DNA of 64,000 nucleotides from positions 1,888,001 to 1,952,000 of the forward strand of contig CAXXLZ010000002.1 in assembly GCA_963675595.2 (NCBI GenBank). The letters run 5' to 3'. The notes beneath the pieces are model-generated. The model was not told the origin of the DNA. It did no database searches and was given only the letters and a program-made list of their open reading frames with translations. Shown one piece after another: positions 51,568-62,339 of this stretch. The first letter of the stretch is position 1, and every line of letters starts with the position of its first letter. The position numbers were made by a program, and so were the translations under genes. This DNA comes from Thermodesulfobacteriota bacterium. GTDB taxonomy: Bacteria; Desulfobacterota; Desulfarculia; JACQYL01.

Positions 51568-53805
51568 CTACCGCGGTTCCGCCGCGTCCTCTTTCCGACG
51601 AACGACCATGTTCAGCGCCGGAGACTCGCCCTCTTTGGGTTGCCCCATCCACAAAGTGCGTTGCGGGAAAGGAATTTCAATGCCGTGACGGTCGAAAGCG
51701 ATTTTCATGCGTCGATTGAACTCCCGCCCCACAGCCCACTGACGGATCGGGCGTGTGGTGATTCTTGCCTTGATGTTCACCGAGGAATCGCCAAAGCCGT
51801 CCACTCCCAGAATTTCCAGGGGTTCCAGAATATCCTCGGCGAACGCCGGATCGCTTCTCAGCTCCTCATCCACTTCCCTGAGCACCATCATCACTTCGTC
51901 CACGTCCTCGCCGTAACTCACACCGATATCCAAGACGTATCTGGAGTAATTCCGAGTCATATTGGTTACGGTGGAGATGGAACTGTTGGGAATCACATGA
52001 ACGTTCCCCGCCAAATCGCGAAGTTGCATGGTCCTGAGTCCCACCGCCTCCACCACGCCCGATTTATCCCCCAGCACCGCCACGTCTCCCACGGAGATCA
52101 GGTCTTGAATCACAATGAACAGACCGTTGATCACGTCCTTAACCAGGGACTGGGCTCCAAACCCCACCGCCAGGCCGATGATTCCGGCCCCCGCCAGAAT
52201 CGGCCCGGTATCCACTCCCAATTGCCCCAAGACAATGATCCCCAGGATGAAAACGGCCCCGATCTTTGCCGCCGAGTCGGCCAGAGGTACCAGCGTTTTC
52301 CGCTTCCGATCCGGCTCTTTGTCGTTTTTCGGCTGCAGCATCCAAGAGGCGACAAAGGTACTGAGGCTGATGAAGGCCACGATCCCGGCGATCGCAGCGA
52401 GAATGGTGATTACTCTGAGGATGATGCCGGAGCCGGTTTCAGTGGCGGCGTAGGCGAAAACCGGAACCCCCCAGACTTCGGCAAGAACGGCCGAAGTCGC
52501 CAGCATCAGCAGCACGGAGATACTCTTTCGAAGGAAGGCCAGGTAGTGGAGCGCCTTTTCCTCCAAGCCCGGAATTTCAACATGAAATCCCTTCAGCCAT
52601 GCCTGCATTCGCTCATAACATCTCCGGTGAACTGAAAAAGCCAAAGCCGCGGCCGCGACGACTCCCATGGACCCCACCGCGGTGCGCAGGACATAACCGT
52701 GCGCATGACCATTGGGGAGGGACAGGGAAACAAAAACAACCCAGACGTAGGCCAGAACGGGTACGGGCCACAGTTTCACCAACGGTCTCAGGGGCGTCCC
52801 TGCAGATTCAATCGCCTCCGGGTCTCCCTCGTCTGCGTGCCTGCGCGTCGCTCTGGAGACCTGTAGGACCAACCCGGTTAACAGCAATGGAAACCCTAGC
52901 AACAAGCCCCCCCGGAGAGCGCCCCAGAGGTCGGCGGGAAGACGCTCCGCAGTGAGAGTCCCCATGATGAAGAAATACACGACCGCGAAGACTCCAATGC
53001 TTCGAAGCTTCCGATAAAGGATTCGGGAGACTTTGTCGCCGGCGGGCAGTATCCGTGCATCAGGATCATCCGGCGACAGCAGGTATGCGGAAAGCGTGGC
53101 AAAAAGTCGATAGACGATGATTATAAGAAATAATAGGGCGACAAACTCCTGCAAAATCGGAAAAGACGGCCGAATCGTCGTAATGGACATAAATACGGCC
53201 AGGCACACCACCAGCGGAATGGTTCGAAATGCGGAACCAATCAGGGCATAGACCGGCCGCACGAACCACGAAGCGTGCGCGGGCGCCCTCAGGGGTACGA
53301 ACCGTCTCACCAGCGCCACCGCGGCGAGCAAGGCCGCAAGGCTCAGTCCCAACGCCCACATGAAGCTTCCTAACCGCCTTACCTTTGTCGGGTCCCTCAA
53401 GAACTCCGGTACCTTTCGAAACCCGTCCTTGAGTTCGGAAATGAGTTCGGGCGCCTCCGAACCGAAATCTTCCAGGCGGGAAAGCGTTCCGAACGCCTTT
53501 TCGATGATGACCCTGAAACCCGCGCCCCGGTCCGCCGGTTCCGAATTCATTGTGCCGGCGTTTTCTTCGGCCATGTCCTTGGAAGCCAGTATCCGTTTCA
53601 GCGTTTCCAGGAAGACTTCTCGTTTATCCGGATTCTCAAGCAATTCAACCACGGCTTCCAGGTCCTTGGACGAGACTTCGTTTCCCTTATGGCCGCCGGA
53701 TCCGTCGGCGGAATGGGCGAGCCCCGTGCAGGCCAAGCTCGTCACCCAGAAGAAGACCATTGGAAACAACATCCTTCCGAATCCGGAACATCGTACCACT
53801 TCCAC
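51568..53805 (-). CDS. Large MscS-family mechanosensitive channel (YbiO-like)
   Basis: LAGAGIIGLAVGFGAQSLVKDVING, GVVEAVGLR, IPNS, FDRHGIEIPFPQRT; start codon uncertain. Confidence 0.93.
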   Translation of the reverse strand: MEVVRCSGFGRMLFPMVFFWVTSLACTGLAHSADGSGGHKGNEVSSKDLEAVVELLENPDKREVFLETLKRILASKDMAEENAGTMNSEPADRGAGFRVIIEKAFGTLSRLEDFGSEAPELISELKDGFRKVPEFLRDPTKVRRLGSFMWALGLSLAALLAAVALVRRFVPLRAPAHASWFVRPVYALIGSAFRTIPLVVCLAVFMSITTIRPSFPILQEFVALLFLIIIVYRLFATLSAYLLSPDDPDARILPAGDKVSRILYRKLRSIGVFAVVYFFIMGTLTAERLPADLWGALRGGLLLGFPLLLTGLVLQVSRATRRHADEGDPEAIESAGTPLRPLVKLWPVPVLAYVWVVFVSLSLPNGHAHGYVLRTAVGSMGVVAAAALAFSVHRRCYERMQAWLKGFHVEIPGLEEKALHYLAFLRKSISVLLMLATSAVLAEVWGVPVFAYAATETGSGIILRVITILAAIAGIVAFISLSTFVASWMLQPKNDKEPDRKRKTLVPLADSAAKIGAVFILGIIVLGQLGVDTGPILAGAGIIGLAVGFGAQSLVKDVINGLFIVIQDLISVGDVAVLGDKSGVVEAVGLRTMQLRDLAGNVHVIPNSSISTVTNMTRNYSRYVLDIGVSYGEDVDEVMMVLREVDEELRSDPAFAEDILEPLEILGVDGFGDSSVNIKARITTRPIRQWAVGREFNRRMKIAFDRHGIEIPFPQRTLWMGQPKEGESPALNMVVRRKEDAAEPR

Positions 53806-54044
53806 GACTTCCCCCTTTCTTGAGCCGGTTCCAGTTTCGAACCGGCTGCGATGCCGTTTGGACAAATTCCATTCAGGGTATCTCAAAAGCAGGGCGGGAT
53901 AAAGTTGCAGACTGCGCGGCTATGACGCTCATGGGCGAGGCAAAATACAGTAGGTCCCTGATGGGTTCTTTCATAACCGCTTGATAGAATTAAGACTGTG
54001 GACGTCATCCATCGCATCCTCAAGAGATAGGAAGGAGAAACGAC

Positions 54045-54587
54045 ATGTGGCCCATCGGACCCCTGATGTGGGAACACCGGCTCATCGAGCGCATGATCTC
54101 CGTTATGAAAGCCAAAACGGAAACCATGCGGGCCGAGGGAAGCCCGGACCCGGTCTTCATCGATACGGCGGCGGACTTCTTCCGCACCTACGCGGATCGT
54201 TGCCACCACGGAAAGGAGGAGGACATCCTGTTTCAGGCTTTGGAGTCCAAATCCTTGAGTTCCGAACATGGAAAGATCGTGCAAGAGCTCATGGAAGACC
54301 ATAAGTTCGGCAGGGCTCGAGTCCGGGCGCTCCTCGAGGCAAAAGAAGCATTCGTTGGAGGCGATACGGACGCCTTTAAAGAAATCATGGAAAATTTACA
54401 CATCCTCATCAACTTCTACCCCAAGCATATTCGTAAGGAGGACAAGGTGTTCTTCTTCCCGTGCATGGAATACTTCAGCAGCGAGGAAAAAGACCACATG
54501 CTGAAAGAATTTCATGACTTCGACAGCAAGTTGATTCAAGAGAAATATGAGGACACCGTGCTGAGCCTGGAGAATAAGATCGCGTGA
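54045..54587 (+). CDS. Hemerythrin (HHE cation-binding) domain protein
   Basis: LMWEHRLI, DRCHHGKEEDILF, MEDH, KHIRKEDKVFF. Confidence 0.92.
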   Translation: MWPIGPLMWEHRLIERMISVMKAKTETMRAEGSPDPVFIDTAADFFRTYADRCHHGKEEDILFQALESKSLSSEHGKIVQELMEDHKFGRARVRALLEAKEAFVGGDTDAFKEIMENLHILINFYPKHIRKEDKVFFFPCMEYFSSEEKDHMLKEFHDFDSKLIQEKYEDTVLSLENKIA

Positions 54588-54818
54588 AGTCCGTTGCCTC
54601 TCCAGTCGACGCGTACCGGGACCGAATCGTGTCGAAATCGGGATATGTCTCTTTCCCCCCGGACCATCACTATTGTACGACAACCGCAGCCCCAACCTCT
54701 CTCGATTTCCCCCACGGAAGAACGACGGGCAAAATAATCCATCACTAATGGGACTTCCTGCTTGACGAGTGCATTTCGTTCGTGCCTATTAAAGCATCCT
54801 CCGAAATTAGGAGTTCCT

Positions 54819-55781
54819 ATGAATGCGACGAAGAAAGAGCTGCTGCTCCCTGCTTTGGAAGACCGGGACCCGAACGTGGCGCGTGCCGCGGCCAGGATGG
54901 CGGCCGAATACGGGGTGACCGAATGCATCGAGAAGATCATTCCTCTACTCACCAGCAAGGCGTGGCAAGTTCGGCTCACCGCGGTGGAAGCCCTGGGCAA
55001 GCTCAAGGCCAAGAGAGCGGCAAACGCTCTGATCAAGATCGTCGGCGGGGAAATGGCGGGTTTGCGTCAAAGGCTCCTCGCTTGTGCGGGCCTTTCGGCA
55101 CAGTCGCCGGCACAGGAGGGGAACAAAGAAGACGAAGAGGTCTGGCAGGTGAAGCGGGCGGCGGCTCTCGCCCTCAGCCGCATCAATCCGGATCTCGCGG
55201 AAACCCCTCTTCTCGGGGCCCTGGAGTCGCCCAACCGTCAGGTAATCATCGCCGCCATGAGCGGACTGGCGATTATCGAATCGGAGCAGGCCGGAGCCCG
55301 GTTTGTGGAGTTCCTGCACCATGCCGACTTCGAGGTCAGGAAATCGGCCGTCGTGTGCGTGGGCAAACTCCGCCACCGGGAGGCCGCGGAGGACCTCTGC
55401 CGCCTCCTCCAGGACCAGAAATCCGTCATCCGCAAGGAGGCGATCATCGCCTTGAATCATATCAAAGACTCTCGAGCTCTCCCGGCGATCATTGAGTGCA
55501 TGAAAGACCCACAGAAAGAGGTCCGTATAGTGGCCACGGTGGCCTTGGGAAACACGTCGAGAGATGATGAATTCGTAGTGGGGCCTCTTCGGAACGCCCT
55601 TCATGATTCCAGTTGGGAGGTTCGCAGGGCGGCCGTCAATTCCCTGGGAAATCTGGGCATCGTGGATACCATGGAAGAGATCCTGCCTCTGCTGAGGGAA
55701 GAAGAGGAAGAGATCAGGAAAGCCGTGGCTTTGTGTCTGCTGAAGCTGGCCGGAACGGCCGAACGAGCAAGATACGAGTAG
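54819..55781 (+). CDS. HEAT/PBS-lyase repeat protein
   Basis: Repeated L.D....VR..A..ALG units. Confidence 0.9.
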   Translation: MNATKKELLLPALEDRDPNVARAAARMAAEYGVTECIEKIIPLLTSKAWQVRLTAVEALGKLKAKRAANALIKIVGGEMAGLRQRLLACAGLSAQSPAQEGNKEDEEVWQVKRAAALALSRINPDLAETPLLGALESPNRQVIIAAMSGLAIIESEQAGARFVEFLHHADFEVRKSAVVCVGKLRHREAAEDLCRLLQDQKSVIRKEAIIALNHIKDSRALPAIIECMKDPQKEVRIVATVALGNTSRDDEFVVGPLRNALHDSSWEVRRAAVNSLGNLGIVDTMEEILPLLREEEEEIRKAVALCLLKLAGTAERARYE

Positions 55782-56669
55782 ATTTGCCGTTTTTCCCGGG
55801 AGTCGGGAATCCCGAAAGCCCGTGATTCAGGCTCCCGGAGTTGCCCAAGCGCGTCCCCCTGCCCAAACTTGCCCGCCCAAGCTCGGATTCGCCCTATGAC
55901 GAGGCGATTCGATGGTATTTTCGTCTATTAACACTCATGAAGTCCATCTAAAGCCTTGAAAGGGACTCTAATTCACGAATTCCCCACCGGGTAATACAAA
56001 TGGAGAAAACACGCATTCACAAGACGCAGCCGGCTCTCACCGTTTCAGGGTGCCGCGACACGCTCCCCGGAACGCGGGAAGGTGCCGCCGGCCGGAGGAG
56101 TCCCCGGGTGAACGCTGATCGGTTCCGCGTCAAGTTTTCTTAAAATGAAAACGCTGCCTCCGCGCTTCTTTTCTTTTCCTTTGCGCCCCGCTATGATACA
56201 CTGCAATACATTAATTCGGACCAGACTTGACGAGGGATCCTCGGTCGAAAATTGCATATCGCCGTCGGTTTCTTTGAAACCGTGTGGGTGGATTCGTTGG
56301 GAGGAATCCGGCGCTTCTCTATGACTCGAAGCGCACGAGACAATCGTTGTTTTTCCTCCCGGCTGAAGACCGGCGAGGTTGTCCCCGCCGCGTCGGCAAG
56401 CCGTTTTGAAGCGCAATCCCAATGTTGCGTTTCACCGTCTTTCAACAATCCGCAACTCACGGACTGTTGCAACCGACGATGAGGACTGCGGCCCGAAAAG
56501 GGTTTTCACGGAGCGCCCCGGTGTTCCGCCGAACTCACCCGACAAGGTTCCCGCCAAGTTTTCATACGACCTTTCGCCCAAGACCCGAGGCGGAATCGTT
56601 TGCTTGGTCCCACGGCTTTTCCGTTTCAGGAAATCAATGTCCCCATTCCGATGTCAGGAGAAACAGTTC

Positions 56670-57722
56670 ATGAATGAGGCAGCCGATAAAGCTTCCTTTC
56701 TCACTCAGGGAGTGTTCCAACTCACCGATGCGTCCTACCCGCCGCTGGCCATGCTTTTCCGCAAAGGCATCGATAGCAGAATTCGATTGTTTGAAGATCA
56801 GGACTCGGTGATCACGAAAGAAGAGTCTTTTTTCGCCGGCCTTCCCCAAGGCAACCCGGTTCCCCTGCGAATCTCGAAAGTCGTGGACCCGGAAAGCATC
56901 GTGTCTCCCCGTCTGGACCTTCCGTCTCCGCCCCAGGTGTATCTGGAGATGCAGGACGCGCTGACCAAGGGCCAGGACTCTCCTTCGGAGTTGTCGAAGA
57001 TCATCAGCAAGGACACGAGCTTGACGGCGAAGCTGCTCAAGCTGGCCAACAGCGCTTTTTATGGATTCTCCAAAGAGATCGAGAGCATCACTCACGCGGT
57101 GAGTCTCATCGGAACACGCCAACTGACGATGTTGGTGAGCGGCATGTGTTTTGTTTCCGGGTTCAAGTACATCCCGTCGGACATTGTCGACATGGAGACA
57201 TTCTGGAAACACAGCCTGAGTACGGGAATTCATGCGCACCTGATCGCCCGGAGTGCGGGCTTCAGGGATTCGGAACGCTTCTTTGTGGGAGGTTTGCTCC
57301 ACGACATCGGTCGACTGGCGCTGTTTCACGGCAAACCCGACACGGCCAAAGCCGCTTTGGCCAAGGCCAAAGAAAAACAGTCGACTCTCGTATACATGGA
57401 ACAGGAAGAGCTCGGATACGACCATTCCACTCTGGGGAGCATATTACTGAGAGAATGGAACATCCCCAATCAGCTTCGGGCCTTGGTTCTCTATCACCAT
57501 ATTCCGGAAATCGCCAAAGAAGTCCGGGAATTCGCCGTCATCCACGTGGCGGACACCATCACCCGGGCCCTGGGAATGGGCTTAAGCGGGGAATTTTTCG
57601 TCATGCCGCTCCGGGAGGTTGCCTGGGAAAGCCTGAACATCTCCGTCGAGCAATACGAGGAGATATTGGAGGACGCCGCCGAATTGCTCGAGCCCATGGT
57701 CCGGATCCTCGGCAGGAAGTAG
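56670..57722 (+). CDS. HDOD-domain protein
   Basis: LPSPP, DTSLTAKLLKLANSAFYG, FWKHS, GLLHDIG, LGYDH, WNIP, YHH. Confidence 0.92.
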   Translation: MNEAADKASFLTQGVFQLTDASYPPLAMLFRKGIDSRIRLFEDQDSVITKEESFFAGLPQGNPVPLRISKVVDPESIVSPRLDLPSPPQVYLEMQDALTKGQDSPSELSKIISKDTSLTAKLLKLANSAFYGFSKEIESITHAVSLIGTRQLTMLVSGMCFVSGFKYIPSDIVDMETFWKHSLSTGIHAHLIARSAGFRDSERFFVGGLLHDIGRLALFHGKPDTAKAALAKAKEKQSTLVYMEQEELGYDHSTLGSILLREWNIPNQLRALVLYHHIPEIAKEVREFAVIHVADTITRALGMGLSGEFFVMPLREVAWESLNISVEQYEEILEDAAELLEPMVRILGRK

Positions 57723-58003
57723 AAAGTCCGACGACGGCCGAAAACCCTCGTGAGAGCGAATTCCGGCCACTCGATGAAATCCCGGATACTCGGGCGATCC
57801 AACGGCGGCTGGACCCCGAAGCATGAAGACGCGTCGCGGGGCCTGAGAAGCACTTCACGACTCCGTCCTACAACTTCTCTTATCGCACCTCACCACACCT
57901 TCGCTCACCGGAGACTACAGAGGGGCATCCCGGGACTGTGCGGCCTCATCCAAAGCCGATGACGTCCCGAGGTCTCCGTATGGGCGCACAAGGAAAAGCA
58001 CCG

Positions 58004-59497
58004 ATGTTCAGCGACAGAATCCATTACGCGCCGCTCCTTGATAAGATCACGGATGCGGAAACAGCGGCCCGGCACATACAAGACGGAACGAACCTGTTCA
58101 TCTCCGGATTCACCGCGGGATATCCCAAGCTGATTCCCACGGAACTGGCCAAGCGCGCCAAGAACGGTGAAAAGTTCAAGATCAACCTGTTCGCCGGGGC
58201 TTCCACGGGCGACCGGGTGGACGGAGTGCTCGCCGACGCCGGCATCGTGAATTGGCGAAGACCCTACATGAGCGACCGCATCATGCGGGAAAAGATCAAC
58301 CGGGAAGAAATTCTTTTCAAAGACGACCATCTCTCCAGCCTTTCCGCCCAAGTCCGATCGGGAAGCTGGGGGAGCCCCGACGTGGCCGTGGTGGAGGCGG
58401 CCGCCATTACTCATAAAGGACATCTGATCCCCACCATGTCCGTGGGCAATACACCCACGTACGTGCGGGAGGCTCGCAAGATCATCATTGAAATGTCCAC
58501 AACGGAGCCCCCGGAACTGGAAGGGATCCATGACATTTTTATTCCCGAAGATCCGCCCTACCGAATGCCCATTCCCATTTACCGAGCTTCCGACCGTATC
58601 GGTAAACCCTTTATCGATCTGGACCCGAACCGCGTGGCGGCCATCGTGTCGAGCTACGAGGAGGACAGTTGCACCATTTTCACGGAACCCGACGAAGTCT
58701 CCCTGCTCATCGCGGAGCAGGTGCTGGATTTCGTCCGCCACGAAATCAAGGAAGGACGCATGCCCACGGGACTTCCTTGGCAATCCGGAGTCGGGGACGT
58801 GGCCAACGCGGTTCTCAGCGGCTTCCTTGAGGATGACTCCTTCCAGAACCTGGACCTGTACTCCGAAGTGCTTCAGGACTCGGTATTGGAGCTCATCGAC
58901 ATGGGCAAGGTCCGTGCTGCTTCCGGTTCCGCCATGACCCTTTCCCACAAGGCGCGGAATCGTTTCTTTAATGAATTGTACCGGTACAAGGAAAAAATCG
59001 TGCTGCGGCCCGTGGAGATATCCAACTCGCCCGAGGTCATTCGGCGTTTGGGAGTCACCGCCGTCAACACCGCTCTGGAAGTGGACATCTACGGTCATGT
59101 GAATTCCACTCACGTCATGGGCACCCACATGATGAACGGCATCGGCGGATCGGGTGATTTCGAACGCAACGGTTCCATCTCTTTCATGGTCACTCCTTCC
59201 ACCGCCAAGAACGGAAAAATCTCCTGCATCGTCCCCATGGTGAGTCACGTGGATCATTCGGAGCACTCCGTGGACATCATCGTTACGGAACAAGGGTTGG
59301 TGGACACCCGTTTCCTCACTCCGAGACAGGTGGCGGAGCAGATGATCCACAAGTGCGCCCACCCCGACTATCGGGACCTGCTCCGGGACTACTACCAAAG
59401 GGCATTGCGTGAGCGCGGAGGCCACGAACCGCATCTTTTGTCGGAAGCCTTCTCCTTTCATCAGCGGTTCCTGGAATCCGGCAGCATGAGGAAATAG
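58004..59497 (+). CDS. Acetyl-CoA hydrolase / succinyl-CoA:acetate CoA-transferase family protein
   Basis: SGFTAGYPK, GASTG, DDHLS, QSGVG, YSEVLQD (catalytic Glu position), ISNSPE, NGIGGSGDF, VTEQG. Confidence 0.93.
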   Translation: MFSDRIHYAPLLDKITDAETAARHIQDGTNLFISGFTAGYPKLIPTELAKRAKNGEKFKINLFAGASTGDRVDGVLADAGIVNWRRPYMSDRIMREKINREEILFKDDHLSSLSAQVRSGSWGSPDVAVVEAAAITHKGHLIPTMSVGNTPTYVREARKIIIEMSTTEPPELEGIHDIFIPEDPPYRMPIPIYRASDRIGKPFIDLDPNRVAAIVSSYEEDSCTIFTEPDEVSLLIAEQVLDFVRHEIKEGRMPTGLPWQSGVGDVANAVLSGFLEDDSFQNLDLYSEVLQDSVLELIDMGKVRAASGSAMTLSHKARNRFFNELYRYKEKIVLRPVEISNSPEVIRRLGVTAVNTALEVDIYGHVNSTHVMGTHMMNGIGGSGDFERNGSISFMVTPSTAKNGKISCIVPMVSHVDHSEHSVDIIVTEQGLVDTRFLTPRQVAEQMIHKCAHPDYRDLLRDYYQRALRERGGHEPHLLSEAFSFHQRFLESGSMRK

Positions 59498-59527
59498 ACC
59501 ATGATTCACGGTTATTATTCTCAGGAT

Positions 59528-59721
59528 AGCCGGGGAAACCTTTTAAAAAAGGTTTCCCCGGACCCTTTCCCAAACTTTTCGAGTGGGTTGCTCGCTTCCG
59601 CGTCGCAACCGGGGTGAGGGGCCCTCATGGAGCCTCTCCGCCGGAGGCGGTGAGGCCCGCTTGAAGGTTTTGAGGGGGGGATACCGGGGGGAGCTTTTTC
59701 AAAAGTTCCCCCCGGTGAATG
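59528..59721. repeat. Pair of oppositely oriented REP-like repeats
   Basis: CCGGGGAAACCTTTTAAAAAAGGTTTCCCCGG (59529-59561) and a copy of the 1307-1394 unit at 59634-59721. Confidence 0.75.
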
Positions 59722-59765
59722 CATACCGATACGGAGCCCCCGGAACGCGGGCGCGGAAAGCACTT

Positions 59766-60950
59766 ATGCAGACCACCCATCAGATGGTAATCGGCGACTC
59801 CGGTTCAATGACCGCTGTAGGGAACGAAAGCGTGGACCTGGTGGTCACCTCCCCTCCCTATCCCATGATCGAAATGTGGGACGCATCCTTCACCGCGCAG
59901 GACCCGGACATCGGGGCCTGTTTCGACTCGGGTCGTTTTCTGGAGGCGTTCGAGGGGATGCACCGGCTCCTGGACCGCACGTGGACGGAGCTGTACCGTG
60001 TGCTGCGGGTCGGTGGAATCGCCTGCATCAACATCGGCGACGCCGTTCGCACCCTGGATGGCAACTTCCGGCTCTTCTGCAACCACTCCCGCATACTGGA
60101 GCGCATGCTTTCCTTGGGCTTCTCCGGCCTGCCCAACATTCTGTGGCGCAAGCAGACCAACGCTCCCAACAAGTTCATGGGCTCGGGCATGATGCCTCCC
60201 GGAGCTTATGTGACTCTGGAGCACGAATATATTCTCATCCTCAGGAAGGGCCCCAAACGGGAGTTCCGTACTGAAGCGGAAAAGGCGAAACGCCGGGAAA
60301 GCGCGTTTTTCTGGGAGGAGCGCAACGTCTGGTTTTCGGACGTCTGGACGGACCTGAAGGGTGCGACTCAGGTGCTGAACCGTTCGGACACTCGATCAAG
60401 AAGCGGCGCCTTTCCTTTCGAACTCCCCTACCGGCTCATCTCCATGTTCTCCCTCAAAGGAGACACGGTGCTGGACCCGTTTGCCGGTACGGGCACCACC
60501 TCGTCGGCGGCCCTCACGGCTGCGAGAAACAGCATGGGGTATGAGCGGGAGCCCGGTCTCCAAGACGTCGTGTCGAACACGTTGTCGGCGGCCGCGCATT
60601 CCGCCGATGCCGTCATCCGCGGACGACTGGACAGGCATCGGCAATTCATCCGGGAACGACTGGAGACCAAAGGCCCCACACGGTACGTGAGTAAGCATTA
60701 CGGCTTTCCGGTGGTCACCAACCAGGAAACGCAGATTCTGATCAACGAACTGGGGGGGGTTCGACGCGATGAGGAGGGAGGCTTTGTCGGGGAACATGCC
60801 GACGGGCCGGGTGAGGCAATCGAGAGTGAGATGTCGGTCGGGGGAAACCGAGATAGCGAGGGAACTCACGTTGCCAACGGAGATGGGATGGATGGAGCTC
60901 GGGGTATCAAGAAGACCACCATCCCAGCCAAACAAAAAACCCTTTTCTAA
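59766..60950 (+). CDS. Beta-class amino DNA methyltransferase, probably m4C (M.MthZI/M.MjaI-like)
   Basis: Motif IV VTSPPY precedes motif I VLDPFAGTGTT; WRKQTNAPNKFMGSGM.PPGAYVTLEHEYIL. Confidence 0.9.
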   Translation: MQTTHQMVIGDSGSMTAVGNESVDLVVTSPPYPMIEMWDASFTAQDPDIGACFDSGRFLEAFEGMHRLLDRTWTELYRVLRVGGIACINIGDAVRTLDGNFRLFCNHSRILERMLSLGFSGLPNILWRKQTNAPNKFMGSGMMPPGAYVTLEHEYILILRKGPKREFRTEAEKAKRRESAFFWEERNVWFSDVWTDLKGATQVLNRSDTRSRSGAFPFELPYRLISMFSLKGDTVLDPFAGTGTTSSAALTAARNSMGYEREPGLQDVVSNTLSAAAHSADAVIRGRLDRHRQFIRERLETKGPTRYVSKHYGFPVVTNQETQILINELGGVRRDEEGGFVGEHADGPGEAIESEMSVGGNRDSEGTHVANGDGMDGARGIKKTTIPAKQKTLF

Positions 60951-61042
60951 CTTGGGGTCTTCAGTGCCGATTCTTCATAGCTTATCAGAATCCCGTCTTT
61001 CTTCTTCTCGTAATATATCAAGCAAACATCGATTGGTTCGTG
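60947..61042 (-). pseudogene. C-terminal remnant of a probable MjaI-family restriction endonuclease
   Basis: AT-rich stretch reading HEPIDVCLIYYEKKKDGILISYEESALKTPS*, convergent on the MTase, with no start and an in-frame stop just upstream. The family match is from memory. Confidence 0.55.
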
Positions 61043-61219
61043 TCCTCAAAAGTGCCATTGTTGATCCAAAATCCAAGAAGTGCTGATCACTATTTTCTTG
61101 CATCTTTGCGGGGTTAGACCATATCAGCTTCGTGTAACAAGGATGGGAAAAATGACCTTCCCGTACATTTTACGACAATTCTTGTTCCATAAGTGGTTCT
61201 TACGCCAGGAAAAGTGACC

Positions 61220-61453
61220 ATGGATCACATAATCTCCAAATCCCGATTCAAGCTTCGAGCTCTGAAATATTTGCGTCAGGTCGAGCGTACCGGAAGAGCC
61301 CTCATAATCACCGATCACGGCAAACCGGTGCTCAGAATCGTCCCTTATGAGGAGGATCCCGGGGAAGCCTTCGCCGACCTTCGCGGTTCCGTCCTCGAAT
61401 ATCAGGACCCCACAGAACCCGTGGCAACGGAAGATTGGGAAATACCCCTTTGA
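61220..61453 (+). CDS. Phd/YefM-family antitoxin
   Basis: ISKSRFK...LRQVERTG..LIITDHGKPVLRIVP. Confidence 0.9.
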   Translation: MDHIISKSRFKLRALKYLRQVERTGRALIITDHGKPVLRIVPYEEDPGEAFADLRGSVLEYQDPTEPVATEDWEIPL

Positions 61454-61845
61454 TCCTTCTGGATACGCATGTCTGGATCTGGTGGGTAAGTGATCCCGAT
61501 CGCCTCTCGTCCGGGGCTCGATCGGCGATTTCGGAAGCCGCCGGGAGCGGGGCCGTTTCATTGTCCGCCATCAGCACTTGGGAGGTGGCTATGTTGGTTC
61601 GCAAAGGCCGACTGAAGCTCACCATGGACCCCGAAGACTGGGTGGCCAAATCGGAAGCACTCCCTTTCCTCCGCTTCATCCCCATCGACAACCGGATTCT
61701 GCTGAAATCCGTTCATCTCCCCTACTATGCCCACCCCGACCCGGCCGACCGCATCATCATCGCCACGGCTCTCAATTTCGGCGCCCGACTGGTGACCAAA
61801 GACCAACGCATCCTGGACTATCCTTACGTGGAAACCGTATGGTAG
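61450..61845 (+). CDS. vapC: VapC (PIN-domain) toxin
   Basis: ILLDTHVWIW, SAISTWEVA, HPDPADRIIIATA, LVTKD; TTG start overlaps the antitoxin stop. Confidence 0.92.
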   Translation: MILLDTHVWIWWVSDPDRLSSGARSAISEAAGSGAVSLSAISTWEVAMLVRKGRLKLTMDPEDWVAKSEALPFLRFIPIDNRILLKSVHLPYYAHPDPADRIIIATALNFGARLVTKDQRILDYPYVETVW

Positions 61846-62339
61846 CGGTGGCCGCCGGCGTACCCGGCCCGGAGAAACACCTTACTCCCGATCAAGTAGG
61901 CATCCCACTCAGGGAACCACGCACCTCTCCCGTAACATTTCACATCCTTCTCGTTTGGTATGTCCGGAAGACGTCATTTTTTAATTTGTCGGTGTTCCCG
62001 CAATAGACCTCCAAGTCCACGGCGGCAAGATGCTTATCCGCCTCGCCGTAAAGGTGCAGCGAACTCTTCTTGTCGCTTGTAAGGCCCGTGAAGGACGCAA
62101 CCGGACTTTGCTTTTCCGCAAGGGTGCAATGAAATCGTATACCGGAATGACCCTCCGTCATTTTTAGGCGGGATTTCAAGAAATCACCTGAGAAACCGGG
62201 AGGCGACCACCGCCAAGGTCATCTCCGCAGCCACGAACATGGAAAGATCCAATTGCAGGATATTCCATTCAATAACGAGATCGAAGCATGACGGCGGAAC
62301 GGCATGGAGGCTCAGCGGTCCGGGCGAGGATGGGAAAGG

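Noticed and set aside
53890-53912. Possible sigma54 promoter before the hemerythrin gene
   Set aside because: The GG to GC spacing is not 10 nt.
56379-56669. Long ORF-track N-terminal extension of the HDOD gene, and likewise 59583-59765 for the MTase
   Set aside because: Better starts with RBS or family-typical N-termini lie downstream; the extensions cross repeat-like or low-information intergenic DNA.
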